DNA from: a virus
Strand: one strand, 5' to 3'
Virus genome (UHGV): UHGV-0227640
DNA length: 11,035 bases
The translations under genes were made by a program, and so were the position numbers. The notes under the pieces were generated by a model that was given only the letters and a program-made list of their open reading frames with translations, had not been told where the DNA came from and did no database searches. Positions 1 to 5,720 of the stretch are shown here, piece after piece (the first letter of the stretch is position 1; each line of letters opens with the position of its first letter).

Positions 1-215
1 ACCCGTGCGTTACTGAAAAACGGCAGCAATGTTTTGTCTTCCACCAGCGGCTGGCGAACGGCAGGAACGACCCCGGACGGCAGATTACGCATGCTTTTCG
101 GTTCCGGCTCCACCAGTACCCGGGTATTGTGGAATACCGGCATGGATTCACGGCCTAGTTTAAGGACCACCAGCCCAAGCTCTGGCACCAGAACAGGTCT
201 AAGTAATACCCGCAC
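1..215 (-). CDS. Partial CDS running off the left edge (5' end only); hypothetical protein
   Basis: Manual translation of minus strand from GTG at 215-213: VRVLLRPVLVPELGLVVLKLGRESMPVFHNTRVLVEPEPKSMRNLPSGVVPAVRQPLVEDKTLLPFFSNAR... stays open to position 1. GGAGG lies 4 nt upstream, overlapping the TAA stop of the 217-495 gene. The plus-strand ORF 34-477 looks like its antisense shadow. Could instead be a frameshifted continuation of the 217-495 gene. Confidence 0.35.
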   Translation of the reverse strand, partial: MRVLLRPVLVPELGLVVLKLGRESMPVFHNTRVLVEPEPKSMRNLPSGVVPAVRQPLVEDKTLLPFFSNAR

Positions 216-216
216 G

Positions 217-495
217 TTACCTCCAGATCCGTTGCTGGAAAGTGCGGGACGCACGTGGTGGGCGTTCGGAATAAGGCAGCCTGACAGAGATTATCCAGTG
301 CCGATAGTCGAGACTGAGAGCTTTCTTAACCTCGAACCCGCGCCTGCGGTAAGAATGAATCAGCCATTCGGCCTGTTCTTCAGTGCATGGGGGATGCTGG
401 TACCAATCAGATTTAAATGCGTGAGAGCGCCGCCCGTGCCTGCTGGCAAAGACGGCAGAATCATCAGAATTGTGTAATTTGGTATCGTGCGCCAT
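217..495 (-). CDS. Hypothetical 92-aa protein
   Basis: ORF-track ORF (MAHDTKLHNSDDSAVFASRHGRR...). Weak SD. Sits just downstream of the terminator of the HTH-peptidase operon. No motif recognised. Confidence 0.45.
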   Translation of the reverse strand: MAHDTKLHNSDDSAVFASRHGRRSHAFKSDWYQHPPCTEEQAEWLIHSYRRRGFEVKKALSLDYRHWIISVRLPYSERPPRASRTFQQRIWR

Positions 496-562
496 CGGTT
501 GTCTCTGCTGGCGCAGCAGGTGCCAGTTGTTCAGGCTGGCCTGTGGATTGTAAACCAGAATA

Positions 563-590
563 CGTAAAACAAAAACCCGCCGAGGCGGGT
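563..590 (-). terminator. Rho-independent terminator of the two-gene operon
   Basis: Minus-strand hairpin ACCCGC-cucg-GCGGGU (plus 575-590) followed by UUUUUGUUUU, 12 nt after the TAA stop at 602-604. Confidence 0.6.
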
Positions 591-601
591 ATGAATGAGA
601 A

Positions 602-1747
602 TTATTTTTGTTTTATGGTAAATGAAATAACATTGTCAGAATGAATCATATCTGATTCTTTAAATCGTGTAATTGCAGATAACTCATTTAAGGGAAGAGC
701 AAAGATATCAGTTAACTCAGTTACCTTTATGATTGAATGCTTATCAAGAAGTAAAAGTAACTTATTAAGTAACTCAGGCTCTTCTTTTGGGATTGCATCA
801 TCTAACGGCTCCCTACGATGGAATGGCGCTAATTGCTTAAATATATAGCTTTTCTGATTATCGCTGATTAACTTAAGGCTATGACTCCTCATGGCAATAC
901 TACCGATAGATGTAATCCAACGTAGTTTTAATCGTTCTAACGCTGATAAATTTGGACTATAAAATTCACGCCCGAAAGTGGTGGCTGGCATTAAAAAGCT
1001 GGAGGCAAAATAATCGGCCTGCAACTCCACCAGGTCGAATAATTCTTTATCATTCAGGTAGTCATCCTCCACTGCCCTATGCATAATTAAATGGCCAAGT
1101 TCATGAGCAAGACTAAATCGCATGCGAACAGCCGTCTTCGAGCTATCTAACATAATTAAAGGCCGCCCATTATGCCAGAACGAAAAGGCATCAACTTTCT
1201 CACCAGAAGGTAAATGAGAAACCACGATTCCTTTATTTTCAACAAGTCTAGTTAAATTGAGTATTGGACCATCACCTAACCCCCAAAAACGCCTTAATTG
1301 GGTGGACATATCCTCAATATCAGATAGAGACAGAACCTCAAAATCAATAATATCGAATTCAGGCAGAACCACATCTGGTAATTGAGCATATTTTAGACAT
1401 TCATCCAATATTAATGCCGCCCAACGCCCACGTGTTTTCCCTGTAACTCGAGCCTTTTTGGTCGCAGTTGAACGACTTCTAAAATGAATCGCCCCCTCCA
1501 GAGATGGAGAAGCACTGGAGGCTAAGAAAAATCGTTCTGGAAATCCTAACACCTTGGCTATTGCAGAAAGTGTATCAGCAGAGGGAGACTTCAACCCCTT
1601 CTCAAATGACGAAATAGCTTGTCTTGAAATATTGAGCACTCTGGCAAGTTCAGCCATCGTCAACCCTTTTGCCTCTCTTGCCTCCTCAAGGCGACGAGGA
1701 TTAAACGATTTATCAGTAAATGGTGTTTGTGCGATATTCATGCTCAT
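602..1747 (-). CDS. XRE-family HTH fused to ImmA/IrrE-type (COG2856 / M78-like) zinc metallopeptidase; candidate antitoxin/regulator
   Basis: 381-aa ORF. N-terminal XRE HTH (GLTMAELARVLNISRQAISSFEKGLKSP). HEXXH motif HELGHLIMH at about residue 232, as in the ImmA/IrrE family. Start ATG overlaps the upstream stop (ATGA at 1744-1747). Terminator follows. Confidence 0.85.
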   Translation of the reverse strand: MSMNIAQTPFTDKSFNPRRLEEAREAKGLTMAELARVLNISRQAISSFEKGLKSPSADTLSAIAKVLGFPERFFLASSASPSLEGAIHFRSRSTATKKARVTGKTRGRWAALILDECLKYAQLPDVVLPEFDIIDFEVLSLSDIEDMSTQLRRFWGLGDGPILNLTRLVENKGIVVSHLPSGEKVDAFSFWHNGRPLIMLDSSKTAVRMRFSLAHELGHLIMHRAVEDDYLNDKELFDLVELQADYFASSFLMPATTFGREFYSPNLSALERLKLRWITSIGSIAMRSHSLKLISDNQKSYIFKQLAPFHRREPLDDAIPKEEPELLNKLLLLLDKHSIIKVTELTDIFALPLNELSAITRFKESDMIHSDNVISFTIKQK

Positions 1748-2358
1748 GATTGCTGTGATTTAATTATTTGTTCGGTAAGAATCTTGATTTTATCTTCAAT
1801 CTCAGAATCCACATTTTCTGCTTCAACTTCTACCATCGTCATAATTGGTAAAGACTCAGTATAAAGAATCCCGTAATTATCCGAAGAAGGAACAGTTAAA
1901 TTCAGTTTGGACAAGTGCTGATTACTGCCATCATGTAACATATAAACATGTCCACCAGACGCTCTCCCATCCAGGGAGTCGGCATTTTCATCCCCAAAAT
2001 TCAATTCATAATTTTGATTAGCGTAAACAGCTCTATACAATGCCTGCTTAGGAAGTGGCGCATTACCCGATAAATGATGTGCCGTCATTTTCCAGTTGTT
2101 CGAGTGAATCGCAATGTGTTTACAATTTTTAGCAGCATTGCTACCGACTTCAAAATCCAGCCCCACACGCTTAGCCGCATTCTCAAGCAATGCATCGGCA
2201 TAAAACCAGCGCAAATATGACTGTGCTTGAGCCCAAAAAGAACCAAACTCTTTTGCCTTCATATGCGAATGAAGATAAGCCTGTGCTAACGCGATCGAAA
2301 GCTCTTTGCGGCACTCCTTGTCATATGCTTCTAACAACTGTTGAGATAAATTCTGCAT
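1744..2358 (-). CDS. Hypothetical 204-aa protein, first gene of the operon; candidate toxin/effector partner of the HTH-peptidase
   Basis: 204-aa ORF. AAGGA about 12 nt upstream of ATG at 2358. Stop overlaps start of downstream gene. No transmembrane segment or catalytic motif I recognise (His/Asn-rich centre HIAIHSNNW...HHLSGN...GGHVYMLHDGSNQH, acidic C-terminus). Visibly more A+T-rich than the phage core genes. Confidence 0.75.
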   Translation of the reverse strand: MQNLSQQLLEAYDKECRKELSIALAQAYLHSHMKAKEFGSFWAQAQSYLRWFYADALLENAAKRVGLDFEVGSNAAKNCKHIAIHSNNWKMTAHHLSGNAPLPKQALYRAVYANQNYELNFGDENADSLDGRASGGHVYMLHDGSNQHLSKLNLTVPSSDNYGILYTESLPIMTMVEVEAENVDSEIEDKIKILTEQIIKSQQS

Positions 2359-2383
2359 GACCGTAATATCCTTGTTGTTTTGG

Positions 2384-2423
2384 TGTCAACCATATTTCCA
2401 TTTAACATCGACTTTGTCAACCA
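2384..2423. promoter_or_regulatory. Putative promoter/operator of the two-gene operon
   Basis: Minus strand reads GGTTGACA (plus 2415-2423) and again GGTTGACA (plus 2384-2392): a TTGACA -35-like hexamer plus a second copy 31 bp downstream near the expected transcription start. The -10 is weak (AAATAT/GAAATA). Possible autoregulatory site for the XRE HTH. Confidence 0.25.
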
Positions 2424-2435
2424 GGTAGATGCTAG

Positions 2436-2456
2436 AAAAACCCGCCGAAGCGGGTT
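2436..2456 (-). terminator. Rho-independent terminator downstream of hok
   Basis: Minus-strand hairpin AACCCGC-uucg-GCGGGUU followed by UUUUU. Core 20 bp AAAAACCCGCCGARGCGGGT is nearly identical to the terminator at 571-590. Confidence 0.6.
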
Positions 2457-2524
2457 AAGCGCGGGTGCATTGAGGATGCCTGACTCATCAGAGGTGGCGA
2501 GGGATTTCTCCCCCGCCTAGTCTC

Positions 2525-2680
2525 TTACTCCTCAGGTTCGTAAGCTGTGAAGACAGCGACCTCCGTCTGGCCGGTTCGGATTCGTACCTCGCAGAGGTCT
2601 TTCCTCGTTACCAGTGCCGTCACTATGACGGTTAAACAGATGACGATCAGGGCGATTAACATCGCCTTTTGCTGCTTCAT
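2525..2680 (-). CDS. hokD: Hok/Gef-family type I toxin (small membrane-depolarising peptide), HokD/RelF-like
   Basis: Not in ORF track (51 aa). Manual translation of minus strand 2680->2525: MKQQKAMLIALIVICLTVIVTALVTRKDLCEVRIRTGQTEVAVFTAYEPEE. AAGGAG 9 nt upstream. From memory this matches HokD (RelF) of E. coli K-12. No relB/relE upstream. Confidence 0.8.
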   Translation of the reverse strand: MKQQKAMLIALIVICLTVIVTALVTRKDLCEVRIRTGQTEVAVFTAYEPEE

Positions 2681-2938
2681 AGCCTGCTTCTCCTTGACCT
2701 TTCGGTCCGTAAGAGGCTAATCTCTATGTGTCGCATAGATATGGCCTCAGATTAATGTTAAGCGTCTTGCAGGACGCGTAATGTTAACTGGGGCTTTTCT
2801 CTATCTGCCTTTTGGTGTTCATGCCTGAGACAGATAGCCTCAAGCACCCGCAGTCATTCTACTTAACTAAGATTTCCCCGCAAACCGTTTTTGTCCGGCA
2901 CAGTAAATATCCAACTAAACCAATGGCGTTCGCTGTAT
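2677..2938 (-). promoter_or_regulatory. hok mRNA leader region; expected position of mok-like coupling ORF and antisense Sok-like RNA
   Basis: 258 bp with no long ORF. A 19-codon uORF (minus 2736->2677, MRHIEISLLRTERSRRSRL) ends in an ATGA overlap with the hok start. Plus-strand TTGACC (2694-2699), 18 bp, TAATCT (2718-2723) could drive an antisense RNA. Inverted repeat CTATCTG/CAGATAG at 2801-2837. Confidence 0.3.
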
Positions 2939-3118
2939 TTACCGCCAGTATTCAATGCACATGACCGCCATGAACACCCCTAAAAAAAGGGCATTTATAT
3001 ATCCAAATATTAATATCAAAACATCAACTTTTTCCATATACCTTGCTGTGAAGATGATGGGCATACATGATACGAACAACCAGAACGCAACAAACAAAAA
3101 CTGCAATGCGTTTTTCAT
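2939..3118 (-). CDS. Small hydrophobic protein (59 aa, two predicted transmembrane helices)
   Basis: MKNALQFLFVAFWLFVSCMPIIFTARYMEKVDVLILIFGYINALFLGVFMAVMCIEYWR. Strong SD (AGGAGG) 4 nt upstream of ATG at 3118. The ORF-track N-terminal extension to 3157 lacks an SD. Embedded in a strongly A+T-rich stretch (about 2950-3290). Confidence 0.55.
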   Translation of the reverse strand: MKNALQFLFVAFWLFVSCMPIIFTARYMEKVDVLILIFGYINALFLGVFMAVMCIEYWR

Positions 3119-3288
3119 TATTCCTCCTACAATCAATGTGCAATTACATTTAAACACACCTCAATTTGGCCGGACATATAAATATCTAAACCAGAAAAAA
3201 TCACTTACATAGCGTTACAAACTCTTTAGTCTAAATATTCATCGTAAAACATTCCCCATACTTATCAGCCCGTTCTGCGCCAGGTAGC

Positions 3289-3605
3289 TCATTGCCTTAT
3301 CTGGGAATCTGTAATCAGGTTTCCGGATGCTGGTGGATTTTCGCGTTTTAGTTGTTCATAAAAGTGCACAGCTTTAACCAGTTCTTCTGATGTAACCGGG
3401 ACTGGCGGGGCAGTGAATAAGGCCTGAATTTCATAGTTCGGCCTGTCGTTACAATCCTCTTTTTTCGGTACATATTTCCAGTCACCAGACCACTACTTCC
3501 CCTGAAAGTCCGTAACGCCTTTTTTTTCACGTAGCGATATCGCCATGCCACTGTTTTTGCTTGCCCCGCCGTTTCATGCCCTTCCTGATAATTAACCTCG
3601 CTCAT
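3289..3605 (-). pseudogene. Decayed Ea22-like paralog (frameshift plus in-frame stop)
   Basis: 5' end (GTG/ATG at 3605, MSEVNYQ...) is DNA-similar to the 5' ends of the Ea22-like genes at 6470 and 7092. After about 20 codons the listed frame turns implausible (basic, low complexity), while the +1 frame carries protein-like WSGDWKYVPKKEDCNDRPNYEIQALFTAPPVPVTSEELVKAVHFYEQLKRENPPASGNLITDSQIRQ ending at 3289, preceded by TAG. Homopolymer runs (T8 at 3520-3527, T6 at 3470-3475) are likely slippage sites. Confidence 0.4.
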
Positions 3606-3778
3606 TCATCGCCCCACTCATCACAATATGCTTCGACCGGAGTTTTTCCTGCTTCATAATCATCACGCCATGCTTCAGCATCAGCAGCACTGCCACCACG
3701 TAACTCTGCATAGTCCATTAACAGTTCATGCCATGCTTCAAAACTGACGTTGTATTTAGTTGAACCAAAATCAGCCAT
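3602..3778 (-). CDS. Small acidic protein (58 aa), hypothetical
   Basis: Manual translation: MADFGSTKYNVSFEAWHELLMDYAELRGGSAADAEAWRDDYEAGKTPVEAYCDEWGDE. GAGG about 10 nt upstream. Start overlaps stop of the 3771-3953 gene and its stop overlaps the start at 3605 (ATGA). Below ORF-track cutoff. Confidence 0.5.
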   Translation of the reverse strand: MADFGSTKYNVSFEAWHELLMDYAELRGGSAADAEAWRDDYEAGKTPVEAYCDEWGDE

Positions 3779-3953
3779 TTTGCTCTTCCTCTTCGTCTTT
3801 TATTTCGTGATATGAGTAATTGCAGTAGTTAAAGAAAATATCTTTTGCTTCGTCATGTATTTCATCAGGCGTCGCATCATCATCCACTTCGAATTCATCC
3901 TCGAAATCTCCACCGGCTATTCCCGTTTCAATAATTATTTTAAACTTTCGCAT
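3771..3953 (-). CDS. Small highly acidic protein (60 aa), hypothetical; possible DNA-mimic
   Basis: ORF-track ORF MRKFKIIIETGIAGGDFEDEFEVDDDATPDEIHDEAKDIFFNYCNYSYHEIKDEEEEQNG; about 20 of 60 residues are Asp/Glu. Preceded by a structured leader (hairpins at 3961-3976 and 3991-4009). Confidence 0.55.
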   Translation of the reverse strand: MRKFKIIIETGIAGGDFEDEFEVDDDATPDEIHDEAKDIFFNYCNYSYHEIKDEEEEQNG

Positions 3954-4046
3954 TTAACTACCGCCCTTTCGGGCGGCCTCCTGATGTTCTGAGGGTGCAG
4001 AAATCCCTCCGGTTAAGGATTAAATTTTTAACAGAGCTAAATTTAA

Positions 4047-4403
4047 TTATTCAGTTCTGGATTTTGTCGCCCTGCGTATCCGCGCTTTCGCGTTACGCTC
4101 AATCTGAATTAGCTTTTCTATATTTTTTCGCCTTTCCTGTTCCTCCTGGCGCAATAGCCTTACATCATCTGCCAGTCTGGTTTCTCTTTTCGCCACAGAG
4201 AGCATCCAGTCAAATGGTTCCACAACTGCACCGCAGATTTTACAGCGGACCTGACGCTCTTTTTCGTCAACCCGGACAGAGGCGTGATGACAATATGGTC
4301 TTTCCGATGGCTCATAAAGAAAATTAACCTGATTACGAGGGTCATCCTCTTTTACCGGAAATAAAACGATATTGCTTAACTCATCCTCTGGTTTTATTTC
4401 CAT
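4047..4403 (-). CDS. Hypothetical protein (118 aa) with zinc-ribbon-like Cys/His cluster and basic coiled-coil tail
   Basis: Internal start MEIKPEDE... at 4403 with AAGGAGAGGAG upstream; the ORF-track extension to 4460 lacks an SD. PYCHH...CKICG motif. C-terminus rich in R/K/E (RRKNIEKLIQIERNAKARIRRATKSRTE). Confidence 0.6.
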   Translation of the reverse strand: MEIKPEDELSNIVLFPVKEDDPRNQVNFLYEPSERPYCHHASVRVDEKERQVRCKICGAVVEPFDWMLSVAKRETRLADDVRLLRQEEQERRKNIEKLIQIERNAKARIRRATKSRTE

Positions 4404-4524
4404 GCTCCTCTCCTTTGATGCGAATGCCAGCGGTAATTGAAGCCTGATAGCTAATTTCACTCACAGTACCGCCTCCTGAAAATTTAATGAACAATTCAAT
4501 ACGTTCTTTGGTAATAGTGGTCAT
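4381..4524 (-). pseudogene. Chimeric 47-codon ORF / deletion scar of an Ea22-like gene
   Basis: MTTITKERIELFIKFSGGGTVSEISYQASITAGIRIKGEEHGNKTRG. The first 21 bp match the 5' end of the gene at 5207 (19/21). The middle contains the TTTTCAGGAGG module. Then an Ea22-like N-terminus (VSEISYQA) is fused directly to the Ea22 C-terminal codons (AGIRIKGE; DNA CCGCTGGCATTCGCATCAAAGGAGAG identical to 5726-5751). Confidence 0.3.
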
Positions 4525-4534
4525 GTGTTACTCC

Positions 4535-4798
4535 TTAACCCGCAGTGCTTTCAACTGATGAGGGGAACAAAATCTTTTCATCAAACCCTGCATTCATATC
4601 ATGAACAGCAACACACCAATCCATCGACGAACGATTATCAAGAGCCTCCATGATTTCATCCATGCGGCGCAGGTCATACAGGTAAATGCTTTTATCGCCA
4701 ATGGTGTAAAAACCAATTTTTTTCGGTGATGGGCAGCGATCAAGAACGTCCTGTAATTCGTTCAACCATGCCCGTTCTTTTTTTGTTAAAGTTGCCAT
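4535..4798 (-). CDS. Hypothetical phage protein (87 aa)
   Basis: Internal start MATLTKKERAWLNELQDVL... at 4798 with AAGGAGAG SD; upstream stop at 4800-4802. The ORF-track extension to 4858 overlaps the upstream gene. Confidence 0.6.
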   Translation of the reverse strand: MATLTKKERAWLNELQDVLDRCPSPKKIGFYTIGDKSIYLYDLRRMDEIMEALDNRSSMDWCVAVHDMNAGFDEKILFPSSVESTAG

Positions 4799-4799
4799 A

Positions 4800-5207
4800 T
4801 CACTCTCCTTTCCCATGAAGCATAGCGGCGCGGCAGGCGTTCCATATTTCGGCAGCAATATCGCGCTCGCTATCGGTTAATTTGTACGTGGAAACATAGC
4901 CAGAGAGCATTTCTACGTTTTCCGGAGTTGCTTCTTCCGGCACTATCGGCGCTGGAGGGGCGGCAAATAGATATCCGCCAAAGTCAGGAAGCTCTCCAAT
5001 GGCCTGTACGAACTTTTGTTTGCCTACGTCAACTCCTAATGGGTAATGAGCTATAATCTTTGCCACCGGCTCTGCTTCCAGCGATACCAGTGCAATTCGT
5101 GCCAGTTCTTCCGCTTCTTCTGCTGGCAGTACAACGTTGCTACCCGGTCCGTATGTTTCGCGCCACTGCTTGATTGTCAGCAGTCGCCCTTTGGTAATAG
5201 TGATCAT
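4800..5207 (-). CDS. Hypothetical phage protein (135 aa)
   Basis: ORF-track ORF MITITKGRLLTIKQW...; ATGA overlap with the upstream gene at 5204-5207. Confidence 0.65.
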   Translation of the reverse strand: MITITKGRLLTIKQWRETYGPGSNVVLPAEEAEELARIALVSLEAEPVAKIIAHYPLGVDVGKQKFVQAIGELPDFGGYLFAAPPAPIVPEEATPENVEMLSGYVSTYKLTDSERDIAAEIWNACRAAMLHGKGE

Positions 5208-5719
5208 GCCGCGTTTCCTTCTTTCTTATTAACAATCACACCGTCATATATTTCATTAAGGTGCCCTCTCAACTCCATGCGCCTTAATGCAGATAACATG
5301 TAATCGCATTCAACCTGCTTATTCCCAGTAAATGGCTTATCGTCAGGATTACCCCAACAGCAATTACCCCTGGGCCATCCATGTACTTTCCGTACTCTTC
5401 CGTTAACAACGTGAAGTAATCCCCAGCCGGGAGGTAAATCCTCAACTGAAATAATTTCCGGCTCACTAATAAAGAATCGCCAGTCGCCCATGCCAAGTGA
5501 GGGATTTTTACGGAAACGCTTTTTTCTATCTGCCAACAAGTCAGCACGAGAACACTTCGCCTCTATCAGGCATGATGCTGAATTTCTGAATCCCATAGCA
5601 TCTGGCTGTTCTCCGGTACTGGTTACAGCAACAAAGCGGTCATGAAAGCAAACCTTGAACCCGTTGCGCTTAAGGAACTTGTACGCAATCTGACAGAGTT
5701 CGCGGTGTGTTAACGCCAT
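5204..5719 (-). CDS. Hypothetical phage protein (171 aa), possible PD-(D/E)xK-type nuclease fold
   Basis: ORF-track ORF. Pattern ...QPDAMGF...CLIEAKCSRADL resembles the D...ExK catalytic signature. Assignment tentative. Confidence 0.65.
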   Translation of the reverse strand: MALTHRELCQIAYKFLKRNGFKVCFHDRFVAVTSTGEQPDAMGFRNSASCLIEAKCSRADLLADRKKRFRKNPSLGMGDWRFFISEPEIISVEDLPPGWGLLHVVNGRVRKVHGWPRGNCCWGNPDDKPFTGNKQVECDYMLSALRRMELRGHLNEIYDGVIVNKKEGNAA

Positions 5720-5720
5720 A

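Noticed and set aside
34-477. Plus-strand 147-aa ORF
   Set aside because: Ser/Thr/Pro/Arg-rich low-complexity translation lying antisense to two better minus-strand frames; treated as a shadow ORF.
2955-3212. Plus-strand 85-aa ORF in the A+T-rich island
   Set aside because: Antisense to the SD-supported membrane-protein gene; Asn/Lys/Ile-rich translation typical of A+T-rich non-coding frames; no SD.
3995-4345. Plus-strand ORF 3995-4327 and minus-strand ORF 4160-4345
   Set aside because: Both lie inside or antisense to the 4047-4403 gene in alternative frames without an SD.
5046-5547. ORFs 5046-5303 (+) and 5284-5547 (-)
   Set aside because: Alternative-frame or antisense shadows of the 5204-5719 and 4800-5207 genes.
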